DNA of 64,000 nt from a phage. Below, in pieces: positions 18,147 through 26,365 of the stretch; position 1 is the first letter of the stretch; the number at the start of each line of letters is the position of its first letter. The position numbers and the translations under genes were made by a program. The notes under the pieces are model-generated. The model saw nothing but the letters and a program-made list of their open reading frames with translations, was not told the DNA's origin and did no database searches. The DNA lies in the sequence record PZ386970.1. One strand, written 5' to 3'.

Positions 18147-18755
18147 TCAGTAACTGACAATAGACAGATTCCAGATTGTATAACGTCCATTTTGAATAAT
18201 AGAATCTACACGCAGTGTAGTCCCTATAGGGAGCATAAATTCACATTCGTCAGATATAAGTCTAGCATTAGACCGTCTTGTCGCTTCAGGGAAAGCTCCA
18301 TTGAACTCACAAGATGGCGCAGCCAGAATCATGTTAAGCATATGTTCACGGAAGTTGAAAGCAAATGGTGCATCTTTGATGCAGAACATATTAAATGTTC
18401 CATAAAAATTATACGAAGCAAAGTTACGTGCTACACTGAACACTGGGCTGAAGCTCATTACTCTGTCAAATTTAATAATACTACCAATGCCTTTATCATC
18501 GAGTGTGGCCATAGTTTTCTTAGAGATTCCACGATACATTGTCTCAGGAACAGAAGACGTCCAATTTCTACGAACAATTGAACTTAAATCTTGTTGGATG
18601 CTATCAGGCTTGTTTTCCATACACTGCCACAGTACACTTTGTTCAATGTCGCTGAATTGACTATCAATTTCATACTGCAATTCATCTTGATATTCAGGGT
18701 TTTGAGCACGACGAACCATTTCTTCAATTTCACACTCGTTATACGGCATAAACAT
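18147..18755 (-). CDS. modA: ADP-ribosyltransferase, ModA-like
   Basis: R-S-E triad context: MYRGIS, SFSPVFSVARNF (STS-like), ECEFML; paralogue of next gene; synteny. Confidence 0.6.
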   Translation of the reverse strand: MFMPYNECEIEEMVRRAQNPEYQDELQYEIDSQFSDIEQSVLWQCMENKPDSIQQDLSSIVRRNWTSSVPETMYRGISKKTMATLDDKGIGSIIKFDRVMSFSPVFSVARNFASYNFYGTFNMFCIKDAPFAFNFREHMLNMILAAPSCEFNGAFPEATRRSNARLISDECEFMLPIGTTLRVDSIIQNGRYTIWNLSIVSY

Positions 18756-18769
18756 TTAGGTTTCTCCTG

Positions 18770-18813
18770 TGGTTGATAAAGGTATAGTATCATCATCGGA
18801 AGAGTTTGTAAAC
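18770..18813 (-). promoter_or_regulatory. early-type promoter (family A)
   Basis: GTTTACAAAC, 18-nt spacer, TACTAT. Confidence 0.5.
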
Positions 18814-19394
18814 TAAAAATTCAACATCTTTAAGTGAATGATTTTGTATACTCGAGACAAAGGGTCATACTCTAACTCTTCGATTTCCACAATCTCAAAT
18901 CTAGAGATGCCTGAGACCATGTACTCTTGTTCAGATTCAATCATATCTAGGACGTCAACACGCGTTTCTTCCATAACATGCTTAGGATTCTTTCCGGCAA
19001 GTACAATGTTAACCATGTTTTGGTAGTAATCAAAAATGAATGGAGCATTCCTGAGACTAAGAATAGTGTACGTCTGATATTCCCATCTCCCAGAGAATTG
19101 ACGAGCTGTACTGAAATCAGTTGTGAACGATGTTACTCGTCCAGGAGACCAATGGCATCCAACAGAAAGAAGGGAAAGACGTTCTACTTCTTCTGGAGTT
19201 ACACCACGGTAGAGTTCTACTGGTACTGTAGAAGTCATATGCTTACGAACAAGATGGTCTAATTCATAGTGGAAATCTGGGTCTTCCTTAGAATCAGTGC
19301 AAGCCCAGAGAATGTTTTGTTCTTGGCGGGTGAATTTACTATCAATCAGATTTGTTAGGTATTCGCGTTCTTGAAGTTCAGATTGACATGTCAT
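18813..19394 (-). CDS. modB: ADP-ribosyltransferase, ModB-like
   Basis: LYRGV, SFTTDFSTARQF, EQEYMV motifs; paralogue of ModA-like gene. Confidence 0.6.
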   Translation of the reverse strand: MTCQSELQEREYLTNLIDSKFTRQEQNILWACTDSKEDPDFHYELDHLVRKHMTSTVPVELYRGVTPEEVERLSLLSVGCHWSPGRVTSFTTDFSTARQFSGRWEYQTYTILSLRNAPFIFDYYQNMVNIVLAGKNPKHVMEETRVDVLDMIESEQEYMVSGISRFEIVEIEELEYDPLSRVYKIIHLKMLNF

Positions 19395-19409
19395 GATAGA
19401 CCTCCATTT

Positions 19410-19450
19410 AAAGATAAGTCTATCATAACACGAGAGGAGGGAATGTAAAC
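19410..19450 (-). promoter_or_regulatory. early-type promoter (family A)
   Basis: GTTTACA, 17-nt spacer, TATGAT then AGACTTATC. Confidence 0.5.
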
Positions 19451-19610
19451 TACTTTTTAAGCTTTCCTACTAAAGGACCGTCAGGACCGGGTTGTTCTAA
19501 CATGAATAAAGATGCTTTAAAAAGCAATGTCAACCCTTTCACCATTCGATACCATGTCTCAAAGTCTTTTTCCTTGATTTCTAGTAAGAATTTCTCTTTA
19601 AATTTCTCTT

Positions 19611-19799
19611 TCATTTCCAAGGACTCCATGGCGGAGGGTCGTCATAATAAGAGGCAAGGTCTTTCAGGGCTTCAACAGGTAAACTAAAGCCGTGTCGTTG
19701 TATAATACTATCTAGTTCATCAACAAGTTCACTACGATGCACTTTAGGAGCCTTGACTTCAGGCTCGTCAAACATACTCATAAGGTCCATATTATTCAC
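19611..19799 (-). CDS. hypothetical protein (62 aa)
   Basis: ORF only. Confidence 0.4.
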   Translation of the reverse strand: MNNMDLMSMFDEPEVKAPKVHRSELVDELDSIIQRHGFSLPVEALKDLASYYDDPPPWSPWK

Positions 19800-20256
19800 C
19801 TAAATAAAAACTAGCAGGTTCAGAGAATGTTTCTAGTGCTACACCTTTTGTCTTAAAAAATTTCCAAATAGCTCGTTGCAAATGGGTTAAATCTGCTAAT
19901 GATGTAATAAAGTATTTTTTGGCAAAATACTTATGGTCTCGCTTTTCAAACAAGTCTAAACGCTTTTCAGGATTCACATAAACGGCATTTTCCGTAGATT
20001 CATAACCTAAGTCCTTTATGCCTTCTTCAAGACTAAACGGAGAATTTTTAGAATGAGTAATAGCTCCAACTCGTTCTACACGAATTTTGTAACCTTTAGG
20101 AATCTGCAATTTGTAGAATTCTTCTACAATATATTGCGGATTATTTAGACTTTTGTTAATGAGAATAGCTATTTCTAGTGGAGTCTTATCTTCTACCGGT
20201 ATATGTTTAAATGACTTGGCTTCAAGCAAATACATTTTAAATAGCATAGCATCCAT
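19792..20256 (-). CDS. hypothetical protein (154 aa)
   Basis: ATG ORF; mrh/srh region by synteny. Confidence 0.5.
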   Translation of the reverse strand: MDAMLFKMYLLEAKSFKHIPVEDKTPLEIAILINKSLNNPQYIVEEFYKLQIPKGYKIRVERVGAITHSKNSPFSLEEGIKDLGYESTENAVYVNPEKRLDLFEKRDHKYFAKKYFITSLADLTHLQRAIWKFFKTKGVALETFSEPASFYLGE

Positions 20257-20435
20257 TATAATTTCCTCGATGGTTCACCCATATAAAGTTTTACAATACG
20301 TTCGCCTTCATCTTCGACGAGCTTTTCTTCATGTTTCTGGAATTCTTTAGCCATATTCTCTTCAAGAACATCCAGCCAATCTTCTGGACCGACACCATCG
20401 TCCCAGCTTTTAAACCATTTTACTATTCTGTTCAT
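20256..20435 (-). CDS. hypothetical acidic protein (59 aa)
   Basis: manual translation MNRIVKWFKSWDDGVGPEDW...; TAATG-coupled at both ends. Confidence 0.35.
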   Translation of the reverse strand: MNRIVKWFKSWDDGVGPEDWLDVLEENMAKEFQKHEEKLVEDEGERIVKLYMGEPSRKL

Positions 20436-20635
20436 TAATCACAACTCCCGGAGCTTGAACTACAATCAGAATAACTTGACCCAGAATCTCCAGACCAGGA
20501 TGATACGTAAGAATGATTATAACTTGAAGAGCTTGAAGCATTCGCCTGTTTTGTTTTTGGGCGAATAACTTCTTCCATCATTCCGTCACCAATATATTCC
20601 CAACTTTTTTCATGTGTATCAGGAATAGGCATCAT
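20435..20635 (-). CDS. hypothetical Ser-rich protein (66 aa from MMPIPD)
   Basis: C-terminus SSSSSYNHSYVSSWSGDSGSSYSDCSSSSGSCD; start trimmed. Confidence 0.35.
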   Translation of the reverse strand: MMPIPDTHEKSWEYIGDGMMEEVIRPKTKQANASSSSSYNHSYVSSWSGDSGSSYSDCSSSSGSCD

Positions 20636-20648
20636 ACCTTCGCCTGGT

Positions 20649-20876
20649 TTAACAGCAAATAACTTCTTCAGTATCGTAAGCATTAATTGTTCCTCGAACA
20701 AAACGAACACCACCATCATCCCAACGGATTTCGGCGTTAAATTTGACGTCTTCACCATCCATCATGAATGAGTGTACGACTACATCATCGTAATATCCAA
20801 GACCATATTTCAACGAAACTTCTTGAGCAATCAAAGCACCTAATGTGTTATTAGGTTTAATCCAACGATTTAACAT
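20649..20876 (-). CDS. hypothetical protein (75 aa)
   Basis: ATG ORF after GAGGAG RBS and promoter. Confidence 0.45.
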   Translation of the reverse strand: MLNRWIKPNNTLGALIAQEVSLKYGLGYYDDVVVHSFMMDGEDVKFNAEIRWDDGGVRFVRGTINAYDTEEVICC

Positions 20877-20894
20877 ATTGTTCTCCTCTTGAGT

Positions 20895-20934
20895 AAGTAA
20901 GAATATCTTAACATAGTTTTTAGTGGTTGTAAAC
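20895..20934 (-). promoter_or_regulatory. early-type promoter (GTTTACA, 18 nt, TAAGAT)
   Basis: same architecture as promoter at 49900-49940. Confidence 0.45.
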
Positions 20935-20942
20935 TCTAGAAA

Positions 20943-20968
20943 CGAAAAAAGGAATCCTTCGGGATTCC
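20943..20968 (-). terminator. rho-independent terminator 3' of soc (GGAAUCC-CGAA-GGAUUCC plus U6)
   Basis: 7-bp stem followed by UUUUUUCGUUU on minus strand. Confidence 0.6.
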
Positions 20969-20977
20969 TTAAATTAT

Positions 20978-21214
20978 TTAACCACTTACTGGTGTAGGGG
21001 TAAACATTGCAGCGTTCTTAGTACGCCAATCTGCTGCGTCAGTCACCACAGTAGTGTAAGCAGCTTTTTCAGATGGGAAAGTCTGATAATGAGCATCAGC
21101 AATCCGATGTTCGTTTGAATAAATCTCAAACGGTACAGAAACTTCCATACCTTTAACTTCTTTACCTTCACCAGCAGGATGCGTAAAGGTTTTGATGTTT
21201 ACATAACCACCCAT
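20978..21214 (-). CDS. soc: small outer capsid protein Soc
   Basis: 78 aa; GYVNIKTF...AHYQTFPSEKAAYTTV matches T4 Soc. Confidence 0.8.
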   Translation of the reverse strand: MGGYVNIKTFTHPAGEGKEVKGMEVSVPFEIYSNEHRIADAHYQTFPSEKAAYTTVVTDAADWRTKNAAMFTPTPVSG

Positions 21215-21245
21215 AATTAACTCCTTTGTTGTTTAATTACAGGTG

Positions 21246-21253
21246 TATTTATA
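21246..21253 (-). promoter_or_regulatory. late promoter TATAAATA upstream of soc
   Basis: exact TATAAATA on minus strand about 32 nt before the soc ATG; soc is a late gene in T4. Confidence 0.55.
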
Positions 21254-21259
21254 ACTTAA

Positions 21260-21781
21260 TTAGTAACCATTATCCTGACGTTCAAAGTTGTGTTGGTTTT
21301 TCAGATAATACAGTTTGAAGATTTCTTCAGCAGAAAGTCCTAGACCTTGGAACATATTTAGAACGAAATGCAGAATATCAATCATTTCGAATTTAATTTC
21401 AAGCTGGTCTTCAGGAGACAGTTCATCGATACGACGATTACGATATTCAGCATGCTGTGCCTTCCACGGCTTCCATACACTGCTGGCGGCTTTTTCACCA
21501 TTGCTCATACCACCAAGTGAAGTCAGCAGTTCACGGAATTCATCATCAATATAATCTTTCTGATTACGCAGCCAATCAACAACATCACCAGCAGTAGCCA
21601 ATTCATCAGGATGTTTGTTATGTTCAGGCTTGTCATTTGCCAGACGAACCTGTAAAGATTTCTGCATATCAAGCATTACCTGCAGTGGGTCTTTATCTTC
21701 GTGAATCAGAGCATTAAAATAAGCTTCTTCTGCTTTATCAACACCAGAAATAAGTTGTGAACATTCGTTAAAGTGTGCCAT
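21260..21781 (-). CDS. 56: dCTP pyrophosphatase (MazG-like), gp56
   Basis: MAHFNECSQLISGVDKA... matches T4 gp56; track start is an upstream TTG. Confidence 0.85.
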   Translation of the reverse strand: MAHFNECSQLISGVDKAEEAYFNALIHEDKDPLQVMLDMQKSLQVRLANDKPEHNKHPDELATAGDVVDWLRNQKDYIDDEFRELLTSLGGMSNGEKAASSVWKPWKAQHAEYRNRRIDELSPEDQLEIKFEMIDILHFVLNMFQGLGLSAEEIFKLYYLKNQHNFERQDNGY

Positions 21782-21870
21782 TATTTTTCCTTTCAATTCA
21801 GTATAAGAGAGTTAATTCTAACATTAATTTTATAAAGCGTAATAAATAATAAGGTAACTAAGGAGATATT

Positions 21871-22068
21871 ATGTTTAAACTTCCATCGTTAATCAACGCT
21901 ATTAAAGGCAATAAAAAGAAAACTGCTATCGCTGCAATAGTTGTAGGTGGCATTATTTCATGGAACTTCGGGATTGCACCATTGTTAGTTGCCCATGGTA
22001 TTATAGTTCCTTCTGTTCCATTGGATACTGTTGTTGACCTAGCTTTTGCTGTTATAGGGCTAGTCTAA
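21871..22068 (+). CDS. hypothetical small membrane protein (65 aa), plus strand
   Basis: strong SD (TAAGGAG) 7 nt before ATG; hydrophobic; only plus-strand ORF lying in an otherwise gene-free gap. Confidence 0.4.
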   Translation: MFKLPSLINAIKGNKKKTAIAAIVVGGIISWNFGIAPLLVAHGIIVPSVPLDTVVDLAFAVIGLV

Positions 22069-23087
22069 ATTTTAGAATACCGAGATAATCTCATTTTAGC
22101 ATGCAACCCACTTGAAATATTCTGTTTCATATATTCTAAAATTTCTTGTGGTGTTGCATTTTCTTTCATTACCATATCATTCACATCCTTTGAACTCCAT
22201 GGAGCTCTATCCCAGAACATAACACGTTCACCTGCATCTACTAATCGCTTCATACGAGCTATAGTATCCGGATGCCTAGGTTCATTATCCATTACCCATA
22301 CCCGACGTTCTTTAAATGGTACCACATCTAAATCTATTGAGCCGCCTGTAATAGCGATTGCATTGGGTATGAATAAACTATCAATAGGGCCTTCCATTAC
22401 CCAGACGTCTCCTTCCTTAACACGTTCAACACCATAAATTTTTGTTGCGGTCTCAAACGCTTTAATAGTGATATATTTTTGAGGAGCATCTTTACGAAGT
22501 GCACGTCCTTGGAATGACTCAGCCTTCCCATCTTTATTAAAAATAGGAATAACTAAACGTGGTTCTGGAATCTCTTTCTTATACGTACCAGGTTGAATCT
22601 TGTTGACCAATTTGGGCCATTCTAATGTGAACCATAATCTGTTCCATGATTCTTTAGGAATACACCGAGACTTAACATATTTCACAATAGGATGCTCTTC
22701 AGGCAACTTGTCCAGACGAGAACAAGACGGCAAAGAATTTATAGTCTTTTTCTCTGGCTCCGGCTTAGCTTCAGGAACCTTTTCAATCTTTGGTTCCATT
22801 CTAGCTTTTTCTTTACGAACTTCCATTAGATACTCGCGATAAAGCTCTTCATCGTACTCTTTTAAGTATCCGGAAATTGTATTGTGGTATTGACAGTTAT
22901 AGCAATGTACATTACCAGGAGTACCACCGTAATACCAACCGCGGGCTTTCATTGCATCTGTCTGAGAGTCGCCACAAACTGGACAACGAAATGTTAATTT
23001 AAATGTGCTTGAATTATTGATTTGTCTAAAACGAGGGAGGTGAGAAAACGCACGATAAGCAAATTCATTATCTATCCATTCAGCCAT
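22065..23087 (-). CDS. 61: DNA primase gp61
   Basis: 340 aa; CPVCGDS...CYNC zinc ribbon, MAEWIDNEFAYRAF N-terminus as in T4 gp61. Confidence 0.9.
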   Translation of the reverse strand: MAEWIDNEFAYRAFSHLPRFRQINNSSTFKLTFRCPVCGDSQTDAMKARGWYYGGTPGNVHCYNCQYHNTISGYLKEYDEELYREYLMEVRKEKARMEPKIEKVPEAKPEPEKKTINSLPSCSRLDKLPEEHPIVKYVKSRCIPKESWNRLWFTLEWPKLVNKIQPGTYKKEIPEPRLVIPIFNKDGKAESFQGRALRKDAPQKYITIKAFETATKIYGVERVKEGDVWVMEGPIDSLFIPNAIAITGGSIDLDVVPFKERRVWVMDNEPRHPDTIARMKRLVDAGERVMFWDRAPWSSKDVNDMVMKENATPQEILEYMKQNISSGLHAKMRLSRYSKI

Positions 23088-23126
23088 AGTATTCTCCAGA
23101 GGCCTTAAATTAATAAGGCCATCTTA

Positions 23127-23621
23127 TCACAACTTATTAATATTTACTTTAATTCGCTTTCTTTTCTTGGAAGGAATTTGTTCTGGACCTTTATTTACAA
23201 TTGCGCCTGTAGTAGTTCCTGATGCAATAGCTTGAGGACTGCCGCCTGAATCACCAGCAACCATATCCTCAAATAAAGGGAGTTCTTTAAATATTTCTTT
23301 CTGCTGTTCTTCTGTAATGTTATAGCGGGATGCTACAGCACTCCAGGCAGACATCATTGAGGCCATTCCATTAAGACCTGGAACAGTACTCATCATTCGC
23401 TTCATTGAACGAACTGAAGCATGAAAAGGTGTATAAGCCACTTTCTCTTCGGGAGTAGAAGGACGTTTAAGAACACTTCCACGTTCGTCGATGATTTTGG
23501 CTTCGTATGCTTTCCATTCGGTAAAAGGTTTTTGCATTAGTCGAATAAACTTATATGCGTAAACAGAATCTATTGCAGTGTTAATAATACCCATAGGTAC
23601 CTCCTGAGTATATTTAATCAA
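23127..23621 (-). CDS. hypothetical protein (164 aa)
   Basis: ORF; 61.1 position. Confidence 0.5.
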   Translation of the reverse strand: MIKYTQEVPMGIINTAIDSVYAYKFIRLMQKPFTEWKAYEAKIIDERGSVLKRPSTPEEKVAYTPFHASVRSMKRMMSTVPGLNGMASMMSAWSAVASRYNITEEQQKEIFKELPLFEDMVAGDSGGSPQAIASGTTTGAIVNKGPEQIPSKKRKRIKVNINKL

Positions 23622-23811
23622 TCACAAAGATCGCTTTATCACCGTTCGCATCTGTGACTTCATATGTAGTGCCTTCATACTGTGGAATATTCCAAATTAC
23701 ACCGTCATTAGCTTTTACGCTAATATGGCATTGGTGTTTTGAAACAACTTCATAATCTTCAAAACTTGTAAAAACACTAATTTTAGAACCAGTGCAAATT
23801 GCAGTAGTCAT
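23614..23811 (-). CDS. hypothetical protein (65 aa)
   Basis: ORF only. Confidence 0.4.
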   Translation of the reverse strand: MTTAICTGSKISVFTSFEDYEVVSKHQCHISVKANDGVIWNIPQYEGTTYEVTDANGDKAIFVID

Positions 23812-23812
23812 T

Positions 23813-24472
23813 TTAACCTCGATTCATAAATGCATTAAATATTTGGTCATCAACAGAAATTTCTAATTCGACTTCAATTGTTTCAGCCTTTTCTTCAGGT
23901 GGTAATTCGTATCCACACACTACAATTTTTTCATCGATATCAAAATATACAGAAGCAATACGATTAATGTTACTTTCAGTTAAGTCTAAATCAACATCAA
24001 CATCTTTTTGACCTACACTTAAAGGATAACTAATACGGGTTATTTTATTATCTTTAACAAAGAGTCCGCCAACATACTCTGTACTACGTTTGAAGTTTAC
24101 ACGTTTCCGAATTGAAAGATATGATACATCTTTACCATGAGCTCGGCTCATAGGACATAATGAATAGCTAGAATAAGAGATGTCAAATCCTACGCCTTCA
24201 ACATGTGCTAGAGTATCATGAGTAAACCAATTATAGTCGTATGCCAAATCCATTAAATTATAATATGTGAAAGGCACTGGATTAACATCGTATGTTGTAC
24301 CTTTAAAATCTGCCCAGGCGACGATTTCGTTATCTTTAACAATTACAAAAATTACACCAATATGATATCCGTTATTATTTTCATTCGGCGTTATATTATA
24401 ACATTGTGCATTAGGAAATTTACCATATTTAAATGGCGCATTTTTGTGCATATAATAAATCATATTATTCAC
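23813..24472 (-). CDS. hypothetical protein (219 aa)
   Basis: ORF only. Confidence 0.5.
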   Translation of the reverse strand: MNNMIYYMHKNAPFKYGKFPNAQCYNITPNENNNGYHIGVIFVIVKDNEIVAWADFKGTTYDVNPVPFTYYNLMDLAYDYNWFTHDTLAHVEGVGFDISYSSYSLCPMSRAHGKDVSYLSIRKRVNFKRSTEYVGGLFVKDNKITRISYPLSVGQKDVDVDLDLTESNINRIASVYFDIDEKIVVCGYELPPEEKAETIEVELEISVDDQIFNAFMNRG

Positions 24473-24758
24473 CTGTGATTTCGGTTACGATATCTTTGTT
24501 ATCGAAATTAGGGTCACAATACAAAACATAGTTGTACTGCATGATACCGCCAGACTTAAGTTGTTCAACAACTTTATTAACCATATTAGGACGGTCTCGT
24601 TTAGTGATGTTCATGATATCAGAGAAGATTTGTTGTTCAACATCTTCTTGATTTGCAGTCATTGACCACTCACAGAGGTCTTTATCATAACCTGCCGTAA
24701 CTGGAGCTGGTGCACATGATACTGCAAGTAAGATTGCTGCCAATGATAACTTTTTCAT
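24465..24758 (-). CDS. putative secreted protein or lipoprotein (97 aa)
   Basis: signal peptide MKKLSLAAILLAVSCAP. Confidence 0.5.
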   Translation of the reverse strand: MKKLSLAAILLAVSCAPAPVTAGYDKDLCEWSMTANQEDVEQQIFSDIMNITKRDRPNMVNKVVEQLKSGGIMQYNYVLYCDPNFDNKDIVTEITGE

Positions 24759-24775
24759 TTTAACTCCTTAGTTGA

Positions 24776-24818
24776 TTTGATAGGACTACTATACTATAGT
24801 CCATCTATAATGTAAACA
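24776..24818 (-). promoter_or_regulatory. early-type promoter (family A)
   Basis: GTTTACA, 18 nt, TATAGT then AGTCCTATCAAATC. Confidence 0.5.
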
Positions 24819-24821
24819 AAT

Positions 24822-25070
24822 TTATTCTTTTTCGCGAATAATAATTACTTGTTGAGGCTGCTGAGCCGATTTCTTTTCGGCAACGATAGACCAAATTAAA
24901 GTTCCAATCCAACCAACCATCGTCCAGTTAAAGAGTAAAGATACAAAGAAGATTGCTGTTGTGCTTTTTGTGCCACGAATAAGTGCGATTACCCAAGGCA
25001 ACATGTAAATGATGATTGAACCAATACCTGCGATTAAAACTGCTACTGAACTAGCTACGAATAATTCCAT
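24822..25070 (-). CDS. small membrane protein (82 aa)
   Basis: two predicted TM helices. Confidence 0.5.
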   Translation of the reverse strand: MELFVASSVAVLIAGIGSIIIYMLPWVIALIRGTKSTTAIFFVSLLFNWTMVGWIGTLIWSIVAEKKSAQQPQQVIIIREKE

Positions 25071-25089
25071 GTTAATTTCCTCTTGATTT

Positions 25090-25128
25090 GTTATGTTTAT
25101 AATATCTTGTTTTAACTTTGGTGTAAAC
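25090..25128 (-). promoter_or_regulatory. early-type promoter
   Basis: GTTTACAC, spacer, TATTAT. Confidence 0.4.
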
Positions 25129-25131
25129 CAA

Positions 25132-25500
25132 TTAATTAAATTTGTTTAAACGTTCAATACACTGGACGTAGTTATTCGCGATTTGTTTCTGGGTAGGCTC
25201 TTTACCAGTTGTTTCAACATAGCGAATGAATGCGATTTCAGTAGCCTGTAGGCAATGTTCTTTAACGCGTTGTTCTTTTGACAATGCGACAGTATCAGAA
25301 TCACGATAACGTTGAGCATGAGCATCAGCTTGAATCATTCGATTACCTACAGTAACCGGGTCTTCCACTTCAACTTTAGGTTGGTCGTACTGTTTAACAT
25401 TCGGATTGTAAATCAGTTGGCCAACGTTATTAGGGATAAAGCCATGAGCACCACATCCAGTTAATCCAAATACCATTGCTAAAGCGATTAATTTTTTCAT
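25132..25500 (-). CDS. putative lipoprotein (122 aa)
   Basis: MKKLIALAMVFGLTGC lipobox. Confidence 0.5.
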   Translation of the reverse strand: MKKLIALAMVFGLTGCGAHGFIPNNVGQLIYNPNVKQYDQPKVEVEDPVTVGNRMIQADAHAQRYRDSDTVALSKEQRVKEHCLQATEIAFIRYVETTGKEPTQKQIANNYVQCIERLNKFN

Positions 25501-25514
25501 TTCAATTTCCTCTG

Positions 25515-25558
25515 TAGTTGATAGAAAGATAGTAACACAGTACGTGGTGCTTGTAAAC
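25515..25558 (-). promoter_or_regulatory. early-type promoter (family A)
   Basis: GTTTACA, 18 nt, TACTAT. Confidence 0.5.
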
Positions 25559-25560
25559 AG

Positions 25561-25773
25561 CTATTTTAAACTTTTGCGAAATTTGCGTTTTTCTTGACGA
25601 ATCTGTCGTTTAGTCGGACGTACAGCAAATTTAACGAAGTCCACTTTGCCGTGTGGAAACTTTTCAGATGCTTCACAGTCCATCATTAGTTCCCATCCTT
25701 CCAGAATAAGAGCTTTCCATGGAGTGGTTGACACAAATTCGTACGGGGATGGTTTAAATACTGTTGAATACAT
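25561..25773 (-). CDS. hypothetical small protein with basic VRPTKRQ tail (70 aa)
   Basis: shares C-terminal FxVRPTKRQ[IL]R motif with ORF 55247-55444. Confidence 0.4.
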   Translation of the reverse strand: MYSTVFKPSPYEFVSTTPWKALILEGWELMMDCEASEKFPHGKVDFVKFAVRPTKRQIRQEKRKFRKSLK

Positions 25774-25774
25774 A

Positions 25775-25966
25775 TTAACCTCTGAAATCAGCTTCGAAAA
25801 CTTTCTCGTCATTAACAAATGCTTTAACTAATGCTTTGTTCACTTCAGCAAGTTGTACCGTAACCCACTCGATTTCTTCACGATCACCTGATAACATGAT
25901 ATCTTTAGTGAACATCTCACCGCTTTTAAACCAGCCAATAAAAGTAACTTTAGTTAATTTGCTCAT
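25775..25966 (-). CDS. hypothetical protein (63 aa)
   Basis: ATGA-coupled ORF. Confidence 0.4.
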   Translation of the reverse strand: MSKLTKVTFIGWFKSGEMFTKDIMLSGDREEIEWVTVQLAEVNKALVKAFVNDEKVFEADFRG

Positions 25967-26280
25967 ATTTCCTCGCAAAAGGCCCATTCAGCGTGATAAA
26001 CTGTAGCACCTTTAGTATCATTCATTTGAACTACGTCTACCGGAGAAATTACTCGATAGAGACGTGGTTCACCTCCATAAGAGCGTGCTGCTCGTCCTGC
26101 ATAAATCTTTGCTAAACCGATATCTTCAGTAAAGAATACACGATCCAAGTTTTTCTTACGTCCAGTTTCAGACAGAACTCCTGTTTCTTCAGGAGGACAA
26201 AGCATGTTTTCGATGTTAGCTGAACTACTTGAACCGTGATAAAAAATCTTAAATTCTGCTTTACAATCGATGGTTTTCAT
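25963..26280 (-). CDS. hypothetical protein (105 aa)
   Basis: ATG ORF downstream of family A promoter. Confidence 0.45.
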   Translation of the reverse strand: MKTIDCKAEFKIFYHGSSSSANIENMLCPPEETGVLSETGRKKNLDRVFFTEDIGLAKIYAGRAARSYGGEPRLYRVISPVDVVQMNDTKGATVYHAEWAFCEEI

Positions 26281-26291
26281 TTTGTTCTCCA

Positions 26292-26336
26292 GTAGTTGAT
26301 AGGTCTATAGTAACATGATTTAGGAGTGTTGTAAAC
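26292..26336 (-). promoter_or_regulatory. early-type promoter (family A)
   Basis: GTTTACA, 18 nt, TACTAT then AGACCTATCAACTAC. Confidence 0.55.
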
Positions 26337-26359
26337 CCCGAAAGGAGACCGAAGTCTCC
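26337..26359 (-). terminator. UUCG-tetraloop hairpin (GGAGAC-UUCG-GUCUCC) 3' of gene 41, weak U tail
   Basis: stem-loop seen; U run interrupted. Confidence 0.4.
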
Positions 26360-26365
26360 TTTCTA

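Noticed and set aside
21797-21870. Plus-strand late promoter for the 65-aa ORF
   Set aside because: Only near-matches (TAAATAAT) were found, not an exact TATAAATA; left unannotated.
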